In this document: positions 20,527-32,174 of the stretch, piece by piece | Layout: each line of letters opens with the position of its first letter | How positions within the stretch are numbered: position 1 is the first letter of the stretch | Source: an uncultured Chloroflexia bacterium | Lineage (GTDB): Bacteria > Chloroflexota > Limnocylindria > Limnocylindrales > CSP1-4 | DNA length: 64,000 nt | Assembly (NCBI GenBank): GCA_963748625.1 | Contig: CAVVJT010000007.1 | Span: 608,001 to 672,000 of the forward strand | Reading direction: 5' to 3' | Program-made: the position numbers and the translations under genes | Notes under the pieces: generated by a model | Database searches by the model: none | The model's input: the letters and a program-made list of their open reading frames with translations, nothing else | What the model was told of the DNA's origin: nothing

Positions 20527-22212
20527 GTGCAGCAGGCAACCGGCGCCGACGGCGCCATGCACACCGAGGGACGCGGCCGGTGGCTTGGGCTCGCCACCCT
20601 GAGCCTGGGCGTGTCGATGATCATCGTGGACGCCACGATCGTGAACGTGGCCGTCCCCTCGATCATCTCGGACCTCCAGATCGACTCGACCACCGCCGAG
20701 TGGATCAACACGATCTACGCCCTGGTCTTCGCCGCGCTGCTCATCACGCTCGGCCGCGTCGGTGACGTCTTCGGCCGGCGGCGGCTCTACCTGTTGGGCC
20801 TGGTGATCTTCGCCCTCGCCTCAATGCTCGCGGGCGCGGCGCCCACGGGTGAGCTGCTGATCCTCGCCAGGGTCTTCCAGGGCGTCGGCGGCGCGATGAT
20901 CCTGCCGGCCACCCAGTCGATCTTGAACACGAACTTCCGCGGCCGCGACCGCGCCATCGCCTTCGGCATCTGGGGCGCCACGATCGGCGGCATGGCGGCG
21001 ATCGGCCCGCTGATCGGCGGCTGGCTCACGACCAACCTGAGCTGGCGCTGGGCGTTCTACATCAACATCCCGGTCGCGATCATCGCGTTCTGGGGGACCA
21101 TGCGGTACATCGGCGAGTCGCGGGACGAGGGCGCGAAACCCGGGCTCGACCCGTTCGGCTTCCTGCTGATCACCTTCGGTCTGGGCGCCTTCGTCTTCGG
21201 CCTGATCGAGGGCCGCACGTACGGCTGGTGGGCCCCGACCGCGACCTTCTCGATCCTGGGCTGGACGTGGCCGTTCGAGGCCATCTCGATCATCCCGATC
21301 GCGATCGGGTTCGGCATCGTGGCCATCTTCCTGTTCCTCGCGGTCGAGCGGCGGCGTGCCCGGCAGGGCAAGTTCTTCCTGTTCGACGTGGAGCTGTGGT
21401 CGTTCCCGGCCTTCCGCTACGGCAACCTCGCCGGCACGATCGTGTCGCTGGGCGAGTTCGGGCTGCTGTTCGCGCTGCCCCTGTTCCTGCAAGCCGTGGT
21501 CGGGTACTCCGCGTTCGAGACGGGCCTCGTCTTCCTGGCGCTCGCCGTGGGCTCGTTCTTCGCGGCACCCCTGGCGGCCAAGGCGGCCAACGCGTGGGGT
21601 CCCAGGCGCGTGGTGACGCTGGGCATGTCGCTCGAGGCCATCGGCATCATCGCCACGACGCTGCTGATATCCACCGAAGTCACGGGCCTGATGCTGGCGA
21701 TCCCGCTGTTCGTGTACGGCCTTGGGGTGGGCTTCGCGACGGCGCAGCTGACCTCGATCGTGCTCTCCGACATCCCGCCGCACCGGTCGGGCCTGGCATC
21801 GGGCGCCAACTCGACGATGCGCCAGGTCGGCTCGGCGCTGGGCATCGCGATCCTGGGCACGGTGCTGTTCGTGTCGCTCTCGAACGGGGTCGAGCGCAAC
21901 CTTGCCGAGGTTCCGGGCCTGCCGCCCGAGGCAGCCGAGGGCATCGCCGTGGCGATGGAGCAGTCAGCCGGCCAAGCGCTGACGGGGATCAAGGAGGATC
22001 CCGCATACGCTGCGGTCGTCCCGGGGATCGAGGACGCGTTCGTCGATGCGACGAAGCTGGCCGGGTTCGTCGCCACCGGGTTCGTGCTGGTGGGCGTGGT
22101 CCTGAGCCTGCTCCTGCCGAAGGGTGCGGCCCAGCACGGGGCGATGCACGAGCAGGTTGAGCCGGCGAAGCTCGATCCGGACGCTGAGGTGGCGACCGCG
22201 CCTGCGGTGTAG
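20527..22212 (+). CDS. DHA2 (EmrB/QacA) MFS transporter
   Basis: DATIVNVA.P, GRVGDVFGRRR, ARVFQGVGGA, GPLIGG, WRWAFYIN.P. Confidence 0.92.
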   Translation: MQQATGADGAMHTEGRGRWLGLATLSLGVSMIIVDATIVNVAVPSIISDLQIDSTTAEWINTIYALVFAALLITLGRVGDVFGRRRLYLLGLVIFALASMLAGAAPTGELLILARVFQGVGGAMILPATQSILNTNFRGRDRAIAFGIWGATIGGMAAIGPLIGGWLTTNLSWRWAFYINIPVAIIAFWGTMRYIGESRDEGAKPGLDPFGFLLITFGLGAFVFGLIEGRTYGWWAPTATFSILGWTWPFEAISIIPIAIGFGIVAIFLFLAVERRRARQGKFFLFDVELWSFPAFRYGNLAGTIVSLGEFGLLFALPLFLQAVVGYSAFETGLVFLALAVGSFFAAPLAAKAANAWGPRRVVTLGMSLEAIGIIATTLLISTEVTGLMLAIPLFVYGLGVGFATAQLTSIVLSDIPPHRSGLASGANSTMRQVGSALGIAILGTVLFVSLSNGVERNLAEVPGLPPEAAEGIAVAMEQSAGQALTGIKEDPAYAAVVPGIEDAFVDATKLAGFVATGFVLVGVVLSLLLPKGAAQHGAMHEQVEPAKLDPDAEVATAPAV

Positions 22213-22245
22213 CTCCGGCCGTCGTCCCCGCGGGGCACTCGCGCC

Positions 22246-22334
22246 GCGGGGCGCCGCCACTTCTGCGCCGCGGTCAGCGGGGCGCCGCCACTTCTGCGCC
22301 GCGGTCAGCGGGGCGCCGCCACTTCTGCGCCGCG
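22246..22334. repeat. 31-bp tandem repeat, ~2.9 copies
   Basis: Unit GCGGGGCGCCGCCACTTCTGCGCCGCGGTCA. Confidence 0.85.
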
Positions 22335-22445
22335 CCCCAGCTGGGGGGCGAAATCGCCCCGGTCACGCACGGTCTGCGTCACAAACCCCGACTTTCGCGC
22401 CCAGACCACGCTCAGGACGCGCCGAAACGGCCCCCACGGGGGGCA
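22333..22445 (+). repeat. REPIN-like dispersed element, subfamily 1
   Basis: Boxes at 22333 and 22428 with conserved core. Confidence 0.85.
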
Positions 22446-22491
22446 GAGCGCAGGGACGGTGGGCCAGAGCGCACTCCGCTACTCTGCCCGC

Positions 22492-22794
22492 ATGTGTCGC
22501 AGCATCCGCCAGCTCCGTCGCGCGCCTGAGGCCGGCCCCGCCACCACCGGGGAGGCCCACGCCGCTGCCCTGCAGTACGTCCGCAAGGTCAGCGGGTATC
22601 GGACCCCGTCGGCCCGCAACGCACCCGCGTTCGACGCCGCGGTCGCCGAGATCGCCGCCATCACCGAGCGCCTCATCGCCGCAACCGGCACCGACATCGC
22701 CGAGGGCCCCGACCCGTTCGCCGACCCGGTGACGCGACGCGCGCTGATCGCAGCCCGCGACGCGGGGAAGCCGCCTCGGACGGCGACCCGGTGA
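22492..22794 (+). CDS. DUF2277 family protein
   Basis: MCRSI..L...AAALQYVRKVSG...PS..N..AF..AV motif. Confidence 0.85.
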   Translation: MCRSIRQLRRAPEAGPATTGEAHAAALQYVRKVSGYRTPSARNAPAFDAAVAEIAAITERLIAATGTDIAEGPDPFADPVTRRALIAARDAGKPPRTATR

Positions 22795-24183
22795 CCGACG
22801 GCAACCCGTTGACCGACCGCACCCCGGAGACGAGCCCGGCGACCGCTCTTGCCCCGCGCCCGAACGCCGCCAGCTCGCTCACCGGCCCCGCCGGCACCTG
22901 GGCCGCCCCCACCTGGTGGCGCCGCCCGAGCCTGGACGCCATCGACGGCCGCCTCGTCATGAACGGCACCGACCTGGAGTCGCTCGTCCGCGAGCTCGGC
23001 GCCCCGCTATTCGTGTACGACCTCGGCGCCCCCGTCGAGAACATGCGCCGCCTCCAGGCCGCGCTCGCGAGGACCGGCCTCCCGTACATCACCCGCTTCG
23101 CGCTCAAGTCCTGCCCGGACCCGCGCATCCTCGCGGTCCTGCGGGCCATGGGCGCCCCCGGCGCAGTCCTCCGCAGCGTGGGCGCACCCGGCGCACCCGG
23201 CGCACCCGGCGAGCCCGGCGCGCCCGAGAGCGTCGGCATCGACGCGTGCTCCCCCGGCGAGGTCACCCACGCCCTCGCCCACGGCTGGGAGCCCCACGAG
23301 ATCAGCCACACCGGCACCAATGTCTCGGAGCGCGACCTCGACGTCCTCCTCGCCCGCCCGATCCACATCAACCTCGACGGCGTGTCGCAGGTGGAGCGGC
23401 TCGGGCGGCGCGCACCGGGCCGGACCATCGGCCTGCGCGTGAACCCCGGCGCCGGCGCGGGCTACACGGACCAGCTCTCGTACGCGGGCGACCGGCCGAC
23501 CAAGTTCGGCATCACGCCCGACCGCCTCGACGATGCGCTCGCGGCTGCCGCCCGCCACGACCTGCCGATCGACACGATGCACTTCCACGCGGGCTCGGGC
23601 TGGCTGGGCGACCAGCTCGACATGTTCGAAGCGGCGCTCCGCAACGCGACCCGCCTGCTCGACCGGATCCTGGCCGCCGGGCACGCCGTCTCCGAGGTGA
23701 ATGTGGGCGGCGGTCTGGGCGGGGTCGCGCGCGACGAGGAGGTCCCCATCGACCTCGACGCCTACGCGCAGGTGGTCGCCGATCACCTCCGGCCCTACGG
23801 CGTCACCGCCGCGTTCGAGCCCGGCGATCTACGTCATGAAGAACGCGGCCGTGCTGCTGGGCGAGGTCGTCACGGTGGAGCGCCGCGGCGGGGTGACGTT
23901 CGTGGGCCTCGACGTCGGCTGGAACGTGGACTGCTCGTACTTCATCTACAAGTACGCGAAGGAGATCCTGACCACGCGCGACCCGCTCCGGCCGCGCACG
24001 CAGCTGGTCACGGTCGCGGGGCACATCAACGAGGCCGGCGACGTGTTCGCCGAGGACTACCCGTTCCCCGACGTCGCAGAGGGCGAGACCGTCGCGCTCC
24101 TCAATGCCGGCGGCTACCTCCAGGCGATGTCGATGACGCATTGCCTGCGCCCACTGGCCCAGGCCGTCTACCTGGAGCGCTAG
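22791..24183 (+). CDS. Diaminopimelate/ornithine decarboxylase family (fold III PLP); frameshift ~23828
   Basis: PLFVYD, FALKS, GLRVNP, TKFGI, HFHAGS, NVGGG, EPG, GHINEAGD, NAGGY. Confidence 0.8.
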
Positions 24184-24265
24184 GGCGCGCGCACGCCGGA
24201 ACCTGGAGCGCGCGCACCCCGAGCCCCGTTTGCCCCAGCGTGCCCGAGCCCCGTTTGCCGCAGCG

Positions 24266-24378
24266 TGCCCCACGTCGGGGGCGAATCCGCGCTGCCCACG
24301 CACGGTCTGCGTGCCAAACCCCGACTTTCGTGCCCGGACCACGCTCCGGACGCGCCAAAATGGCCCCCACGTGGGGCG
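24266..24378 (+). repeat. REPIN-like dispersed element, subfamily 1 (preceded by a 25-bp tandem duplication at 24218-24267)
   Basis: Boxes at 24266 and 24361 with conserved core. Confidence 0.85.
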
Positions 24379-24518
24379 AGATGCAGGATCTGGGCAACGG
24401 CCGCGGCACGCCGCGCCCGACCGCCGATCGCGCCCCGTACAAACAGCGACGGCCGCCGCGGGGGTCCCGCGCCGGCCGTCTCCCGTCCGCCGGATCGGCG
24501 GACTACGTGTTCAGCGAT

Positions 24519-25471
24519 CTACTTGTCGTGGCACTGCTGGCAGGTGCCCCGGTTGTCGATCCGGAGCAGGTTGCTGTCGGTGCCGCGAGCGGTCGACGTG
24601 CCCGGCCACGGAACGGCCTGGCTGTTCGTGCCCATGCTCGCGTTCGAGCCGTGCGAGACGTGGCACTTGACGCACTGCAGGCCGGGGCCGTTCGTGGTCG
24701 CATGCCGGAACGTGAAGATCGCGTCGCCGGAGTTGGTGTGGCCGGCGCCGCCCGGGGCGTTGTACCGCGTGTGGCAGGTGGAGCACCACGCCGTCACGTT
24801 GTTGAGGTACTGCGGGGCGAACGTGTCGCCCGGCTGCCAGTAGTCCAGCGTCGTGTAGAGGTAGTTGGCAGCGACATCGGGGATCGTGACGCCGCGTCGC
24901 CGCACCGCTCTCCTCCGGGATCGGCTTGAGGATCCGGTAGTTCCCGTTGCCGTGCGGATCATGGCAGGAGCCGCACGTCATCGGAGATCGTCGGGCCGGC
25001 GCCGGCGGTGCCGAGGGCCCCGTTGCCCCAGGCCGTGCCGGTTCCGCTGACGGCATGCGCGGACGTCGTGGTCGCCGGCGTGCCGAGAACCCCGACACCG
25101 GTGCCGATCGTCGTCGGTGCGGTGTTGATGACGGCATGGTCGAAGCCACCGCCGCGGAGGCCGCCCTCGACCGTGGTGCCGCGGGTGACCGTGGTCACCT
25201 TGGCCAGCGACGCCGGCACGTACTGCTGGCCGTCCTGCACGTTGGTCGTGGCGCCGGTGCCCGAGGTGCCGTGGCAGGTGTAGCAGAGGGACGTCTGCGA
25301 GGGTTGACGAGTAGATTCGCCGCGCGGGCGGTGTGTGCGCGGTGGCAGCCGGAGCAGCTGTCGGTCGTGGCCGAAGCGCCCGCAACGATGCGGACCGTTG
25401 TCGGCGAACACCGGGGCGGCGAGCAGCAGCCAGACGGCAGCGCCTGCGAACAGGAGCGCCAGTCGCTTCAA
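24519..25471 (-). CDS. Secreted hexaheme cytochrome c, OmcS-like motif order (paralog A; several frameshifts)
   Basis: Signal peptide ..VFA-DNGPH; CSGCH, CYTCH, CGSCHDPHG..YRIL, WCSTCH, CVKCHVSHGS, CQQCH read across frames; paralog of 40132-41394. Confidence 0.8.
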
Positions 25472-25572
25472 GGCTGGTACCTCCAGTGTCTCTCATGGAA
25501 CTCGGACGAATCTGGGCACGTCCCTTGCCCTGACCTCGAGCGTTGCAGGCTTCCACCTCCATCTCCCAGGGC

Positions 25573-26778
25573 CTAGTAGCCCCACACCTGGACACGATTG
25601 TTCTCGCGGTCCGTGACGTAGACCCGCGCGCGGTCATCTGCCGCCACGCCATTGGGGAATTCGAATTGGCCGTCGGCAATCCCTTCGACGCCGAAGTCGG
25701 CGAGGAAGATCGGCCGCAGGTCACCGCCGGAGCCGGTCCGGTAGAGGTGCACGGTGTGGCCGGTCGCGTCGACGACGTACAGGTGCCCGGTGTCGTCGAT
25801 GGCGACACCGCGCGGCAGGCCCAGGGAGCCGGCAGCCGCCCCGCGGTCAGCCCGGACAGCTCCGCGCCCGTCTCCGGGTCGAGGATCACCAGCCGGCCGC
25901 TGTTGCTGCTGGTCACGTAGGCGTGGCCCTCGGCATCGAACGCGATCATGTTGGGGAAGTCGAACTGGCCTTCACGGCCAAGCGTGCGTTTGAGCGACCC
26001 GTCGAGGCCGAACACCTCGATGCGGTGGTAGGGCGCACTGAGGTCGGTGACCCAGAGATCGCCATCGGGCCCGAAGGCGATGCCGAGCGGCTGCCAGTTC
26101 GGGATCGGCTCCGCGGGCAGGAAGCGTGCGCAGGTAGCTCCCGTCGGCGGCGTAGATGTAGATCTCGCCCGAGGAACGGTCCGTCACCCACACCTCGCCC
26201 GTGTCCGGGTGGACCGCGAGGTAGACCGGGGTGTGGCTCTTGCCGTCGGCGGGCGGCTGGAGGACCGCGACCTCGCGCCCGAGCCGGTCGAACAGCCGGG
26301 TCGTCCTGGCGCCACCGGCCTCGGTCACGTAGATGCGGTCGCCGGTCGAGTCCACGGCGACACCCATCGGCTGCTCGGCCCCGTACACGCTGTAGAGGTA
26401 GTGCGGCGGCGCATCCTCGCCGATGGGCGGCACGAGTCGTGTTGATCGGCTGGCGGAACAGCAGATACCAGGCGGTCAGGAATCCCGATCAGGAGCATGA
26501 AAGCGAGGAGCAGGAACAGCAGGATGAGGAGCCGGCGCCTGCGCTTGCGCTCCTCCTCTTCCTCGTCGAGGCCGGGGACGACGGGCGGCACGTCCGGCCC
26601 GGCGGCGGCAGCTCCGGCTGCGACGGCGGCTGCGGCTCCGGCTGCGACGGCGGCGGCTTCCGGGGCGGCGGCGGCGTCGGGCGGCGGCGGCCTCAGCGGT
26701 CGCGCCTTCGGCAGCGACGGGTGCGGAGTCCGGGGCGGCGTCCGGCTGCGGGATCGGATCGGGTTCCATGTCAGCCAT
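25573..26778 (-). CDS. Membrane-anchored NHL-repeat beta-propeller protein (frameshifted)
   Basis: RRRR + TM helix; PMGVAVD, F.FPN.IAFD, PRGVAIDD, FEFPNGVA, NNRVQVW repeats. Confidence 0.75.
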
Positions 26779-27777
26779 TGCTGCTCGATGGATCAGTGCT
26801 CGGGGCGGGGCTCTCCTGCTCGCCCGCATCGGCGACGCCGAGCCGGCTGAGGCCCCAGCTGGCCGCGATGCTCTCGGGATCGAGCTCGAGCGCCTTCCGA
26901 TACCAGCCGACCGCTGCCTCCTGGTCGCCCTCGTTCTCCGCGACCAGCCCCAGGCCGACCGTCGCGTCAGCCGCAGCGGCTCCCTCGGCCAGCGGGAGGA
27001 GGAGCTCCCTGGCAGCGGCGAACTCCTTCGCGACCAGGGCGACCATGCCCCGCGCGTACTCGCGCCTGTTCGGGCTGGCCCAGGGCCTCGTAGGCATCGG
27101 CCATGGCGGCGTACGGGTCCGGCCACTCGGTGGGGATGAACGTCACGGCCTGCCGCTGCGCCTGGACCGCCTGCGCCGGCGACCCCGCACCCATCTGCGC
27201 GAGGCCCAGCTGGTACCACGACGTCGGCGTCGGTGCGATCGATGCGCACCGCGGACTCGAGGGCCGCGACGGCGTCGTCGAACCGCTCCTGCTGCACCGC
27301 GATGACGCCAAGCCCGTAGTAGGCCTGCTCAAGGTCCGCATCGACCTTCGCGAACTCGCCGTCCTTGCGCACCGTCACGATCTGCCGGTAGACCGGCTCC
27401 GCCTTGTCGAGCTCGCCGCCAAGCTGGAGGACCGTCGCCTTGCCGAGGAGCGCCGCGACGTGGTCCGGCTCGATGGCGAGCACCTCGTCGTACTGGCCGA
27501 TCGCGTCCTGGTCCCGGCCGACAGCAACGTAGGTGGCAGCCAGGTTGAGGCGCAGGACGATCTCGTCGGGGTGCTCGCGAACCGCCGCCTCCGCTTCGGC
27601 CAGCTTGCGTTCCGCGAGGGTGGGCCCCGGGTCCCGGTTCTGGTCGAGCACGTAGCCGATCACCAGGAGCGGCGTGACCACCACGATCACGAGGGCCATG
27701 AGCCTGACGAGGCGTCGGAGGGTTGTGCTCGACATGGGGATGGGCGTTGGGCTCTTCGTTGCTCGTTCGTTTTTCAC
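26771..27777 (-). CDS. Membrane-anchored TPR protein (frameshifted)
   Basis: N-terminal TM; AIGQYDEVLAIEPD, AYYGLG, WYRKALELDP TPR motifs; start may be 27735. Confidence 0.75.
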
Positions 27778-27928
27778 GCTTGACCAGGCCAGCACAAGCA
27801 AGGCTGGTGGCCCGCATCCATCATGGCACCGTGGCGGGCCGGTTCCCATAGGCCGGGGGATAGAGAAGGCCGGGCGGAGAGGCCCGTGGTCCTGTATCCA
27901 CCGGCGTCCCGGGCCGGCTTCCCGCACT

Positions 27929-28041
27929 TGCCCCACCTGTGGGGCATTTCGCCACCGTCCCAGCACGGTCTGCGTCGCAAACCCCGACTTTCGCACCCGG
28001 ACCACGCTCACGACCCCCGGATTTGGCCCCCACGTGGGGCG
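27929..28041 (+). repeat. REPIN-like dispersed element, subfamily 1
   Basis: TGCCCCACCTGTGGGGCA ... TGGCCCCCACGTGGGGCG, 95 bp apart. Confidence 0.85.
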
Positions 28042-28094
28042 GACTGCGCGCTGGGAGCCGGGGCGGACCGCGCACCGGGAGCCGAACCGGGAGC

Positions 28095-28941
28095 CTAACC
28101 GGGAGCCCAACCGGACCGCGACCTCTCCCCTGACCGGGCGCGCACCACCGAAGCTGCCGCCGCGTACCCCTCGTAGGCAGGCGCCCGACGACGACGGGTC
28201 AACGCGGTCCCGCGCAGCCACGATCGGTCGCGCGATGCCGGGTCGGCTGCTGCGAGACACCAGCCGGTCGGGGCAGGCGCGTCCAGCTCCGCCACCAGTC
28301 GCGCCAAAGACACCGACATCCCCCGGGAACGCGACCGCGAGCAGGTCCCGCGCGCCCGCGATCCTCGCCGCGACATCGGCCGAGTCGAGCACCACGCACA
28401 GCACCACCACCCGCCGCACCTTCCAGCCGAGCTCCTGCGCCGCCCGCCGCGCCTCCCGCACGTAGAACGAGAGGCTTCGCTGCAGCCCGCCGATATCGGG
28501 CAGGTCGGTCTTGGTCTCCTCGACGATCAGCGTCCCATCGGCCTCCCGGAAGGCAAGCAGGTCGATCCAGCCGCGTGGGCCGCCGTCGCCGATCAGCACC
28601 TCGGTCGCCACCTCCCAGCCGCCCCGGCGCAGGCGTCGCGCAACGTACCCGTTCAGCCAGGCGTGCACGGCGTCGAGCTGCCGCTCCCGATCCAGAAAGT
28701 GCCGCCCATCCAGCTCGAGCGTCGCGCGCAGCCCCAGCGCCGTGAGCAGCGACTCGACGACAAGGAGATCGAGCACCTGCGCCTGCCCGGATTCGAGGCG
28801 CCAGGTCGTCCCCTTCGACGTGCCGGCGCGCTCGGCGAGCTCCGCCTGGGACCAGCCGGCCAGGTGCCGGGCGTCGACGATGGCCTGGGCGAAGGCCGAC
28901 CTGGCGGTTGTCGTCGTGAGCGCGATGCGGGTGATGGGCAT
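28095..28941 (-). CDS. XRE-HTH fused to PD-(D/E)XK-like nuclease domain (X1; frameshift ~28305)
   Basis: WSQAELAERAGTS HTH; EV...GWIDLLAF...IVEETKT; C-terminus in alternate frame aligns with the 53366 paralog. Confidence 0.7.
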
Positions 28942-29062
28942 GGCACCTTGATACCCGGCCGGACTCACGTAGCACTCATTTCGCACGTATCCGCCGCTTA
29001 CGGCGCCGCCCACAGAACCGCCGACAGACGCCGACGCCGCGACCGGGTAGCATCGCCAGCGC

Positions 29063-30002
29063 ATGACGAACCCGAATTCCGACGCCGAACCGAACGCCGA
29101 CGCTGACGCCGACCCCGACGCCGCACACAACCCCGACCCCGACGCTGCCCACAACCCCGGGCCCTCCCTCGAGCGCCAGGCCACCCGTACCCGCATCGTC
29201 GCGGTCCGGGGCGCACGCGTCGAGATCAGGGACGACCGCCTCGCCGGCGAGGAGCCCATGGTCATCCGCGCGGCAGGACCGGGCCAGGCAGCCCATCGAC
29301 GTCGCGGTCACCATGCGCACACCCGGCCACGAGCAGGACCTGGCGGCGGGCTTCCTCTACACCGAGGGCCTGATCACCTCCGCCGACGACATCGATGCCA
29401 TCGACACCGGCGACCCCGCCACCCGCTCGAACCCCGACGACGAGGTCCTCGTCCACCTCACGAGCCCGCTCGACACGTCGCGCATCGCCGAGCGCAACTT
29501 CGTCGCCACCGCGTCGTGCGGCATCTGCGGCAAGGCCTCACTCGATGCGGTCGAAGTCCGCTGCGACCCCCTCCCCGACGGCTTCGCGGTCGCCAGCGAG
29601 ACCATCCTCGCCCTCCCCGACCGCCTCCGTGAGGCCCAGCGCGCATTCGACGCCACCGGCGGCATCCACGCGGCGGGCCTCTTCACGGCGGCCGGCGAGC
29701 TGATCGCGATGCGCGAGGATGTCGGCCGGCACAACGCGCTTGACAAGCTCATCGGCTCGCAGCTCCTGGCTGGGCGGACCCCCCTGCACGACACGATCCT
29801 CCTGGTCAGCGGCCGGGCCGGGTTCGAGCTCGTCCAGAAGGCCGCGGTCGCCGGGATCCCGGTGATGGCCGCGGTGTCGGCGCCGAGCGACCTGGCGGTC
29901 GAACTGGCGGAGCGCCTCGGCCTCACGCTGGTCGGGTTCCTGCGGGGCGACGGCTACAACATCTACGCCCGGGCGGACCGGATCAGGATCGAAGGCGCGT
30001 AG
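29063..30002 (+). CDS. fdhD: Formate dehydrogenase accessory sulfurtransferase (frameshift ~29290)
   Basis: EEP, MRTPG, GFLYTEG, SCGICG, TGGIHAA, EDVGRHNALDK, SAPS. Confidence 0.9.
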
Positions 30003-30091
30003 GCCCGGGGCCGAACCGGCCGCGCCGCGCCGGCCGCGCACCCGAACCGCGCCGGCCGCGCCGACCGCCGCGTCGCCGGTTTCCCGCATGT

Positions 30092-30204
30092 CGCCCCACC
30101 TGTGGGCCAAATCCGGACCGCGCACGCACGGACTGCGTGACAAACCCGGACTTTCGCGCCCGGACCACGCTCAGGACGGTCCGAAACGGCCCCCACGTGG
30201 GGCA
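30092..30204 (+). repeat. REPIN-like dispersed element, subfamily 1
   Basis: Boxes at 30092 and 30187 with conserved core. Confidence 0.85.
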
Positions 30205-30229
30205 GAGCGCGCCCTACGGAACCGGGACC

Positions 30230-32163
30230 TCAGTCGTCCGCGCCAGAACCCGAACCCGCCGCGCCAGAACCCGCCGCGCCAGAACCCGCCGCGCCAGAAC
30301 CAGAACCCGCCGCGCCAGAACCCGCCGCGCCAGAACCCGAACCCGCCGCGCCAGAACCACCAGCCGCCGCCGCAGCACCCGCCGCCGACGTGTGCGGGTT
30401 CAGCGGCCATGTCACACCCTCGGGCGCCTGCTCGCCGGACTCCGAGCCGGACCCCGACGTGGGCTGCCCGAACGCCGGCGACGTGACCGGCAGCACCTGC
30501 TCCTTGTGGCAGCGCGCGCAGTACACCGGCTGGTGGCAGTACGCGCAGGACTGGTTGCCCTGCTCGCGGATCACTGCAGCGTGGTTCGTCGCCATCTCGT
30601 CATGCCCGATCGAGATCGCGCCCGTCGAGTGGCAGTTCACGCAGTAGTCCTGCGCATGGCACTCCACGCACGTCGTCTGCGCCGGGTCGATCGAGGTCGC
30701 CACGTTCGCATGGTTGAACACCCAGAGATCGTCCTGGTGCGTGCTCGGCGGCTGGCCCAACGGCAGAGAGGCAACCGCCGGCCCGATCTGCGGGAACGTG
30801 TGGCACGTGTTGCAGGTGGACGGGATCGATTCCTTGGTCGCAACCCCATCCTCCACCCGGAAGTGCCCGCCGTCGTGGCAGCGGAAGCAGCCCGGGTAGT
30901 CCTGGTGCCCCTTCTGGTTCGGCGTAGGTCGCGGGGGTCACCTGCATCGCCGGCAGCGCCGTCTGCGGATACAGGTCCTTCAGCGCCACGATGGCGCCGC
31001 GGATCTGGGCCAGCTTCGTGGCGTAGATGTCCGGGTAGTTCACCTGGTACCACGCCTCCAGCGCATCGATCTCCGCGAACGCGGCCGCCTCATCGGGGTA
31101 CGCGGCCCACAGGATGCGCATCGACTCGCGCTTGATGAACGGCAGGGAGTCGTCGATCGTCCCCACCTGGAGCATGTAGTCCACGGCGTCGCGCGGGTTC
31201 GTGATGTCGTGGCCGACGCGGTTGTGGCAGTCGTAGCAGCTGACCTCGGTCAGCTCCCCGAGCGCCTTGATCGCCTCGATCTCGGGCTCGACGTTCTCAA
31301 CGTCGACGATGTGGGACTGCGCAGATGTACTCGACCTCCGAGCCATCGGCGCGCGTCGCCACCACGTAGTCGATCGAGGCGCCGTTGAGGCCGGTCCCCG
31401 CGTACTCCATGGGCAGCGCGACGTGGTTGTGCACGCTCCGGTCAACGTCGAACGGATCGCCGCCCGTGGGCCGGACCATCAGCCCGACGAACTCGCGGCT
31501 GTTCTCGGAGTCCTCGGAGAACGACTCCTTGGAGCGCACGCTCGCGAAGGAGCGCTGCTCCAGCGAGTGGCATTCCCGGCACGTGTCCTCCGTGGTGGGG
31601 AGCGCGGTGTGCTCGGGCGGGTGGATCGGCGTGGGGTACGTGCCCAGCACCGTGTCGATCAGCTGGCGCGTGCCGTTCATCTTGGCCTTGACCCAGCCGG
31701 CGATGCCTGGCTCCACGTGGCACTCGCCACAGGTGACGTTCCGGTGCGGGCCCGAGGAATAGGCCTGGAGCTCCGGGGCCATCGTGTGGCAGCGGCCGCA
31801 GAAGTCGGCGGACTCCGTCCAGGAGATGACGGTGACGCCGGCGTAGATCCCCACGAAGCCCACGGCACTGAGCACCAGCAGGAGGGCAAAGAGGCCACCG
31901 CGCGATTTCGGCAGCCGGATGCGGAGCCGCCGGCCGCGCAGGTAGAACGGGCTCCTGCGCTTGGCCGGGGCGCCCGAATTGGACTCCGAAGCCGAAGCCT
32001 CCGCCGATGCCGACTCCGACGTTGCCGATGCCGAAGCCTCCGCCGACTCCGACTCCGGTGCCGAACCTTCGAAACCCGACTCCGAAGCCGAAGCGATCTC
32101 GGGGGCGTCGACGTCGGCCGCATTGGCGGCGGTCTCCTCGACAGGACCCTCGGGATCGCTCAT
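30230..32163 (-). CDS. NapC/NirT-family membrane-anchored multiheme cytochrome c, 10 CxxCH (frameshifts ~31315, ~30920)
   Basis: TM then ES..FCGRCHTM, CGECH..PG..G...AK..G, CRECH, CYDCH, CFRCH, CNTCH, CVECH, CVNCH, CAYCH, CARCH; C-terminal SGAAG repeats. Confidence 0.82.
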
Positions 32164-32174
32164 GCCCTACTGCC

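Noticed and set aside
22246-22334. 31-bp repeats as a CRISPR array
   Set aside because: Units are directly adjacent with no spacers, and there are no cas genes
23150-23225. GAP repeats in the decarboxylase as a collagen-like domain
   Set aside because: Only a short 9-bp slippage expansion in a loop
26476-29265. 929-aa ORF as an HTH-nuclease-TPR fusion
   Set aside because: It reads through a frameshift and an intergenic repeat element, joining three separate genes
30238-30365. CCGCGCCAGAACC repeats as an array
   Set aside because: They encode the SGAAG low-complexity tail of the NapC-like cytochrome
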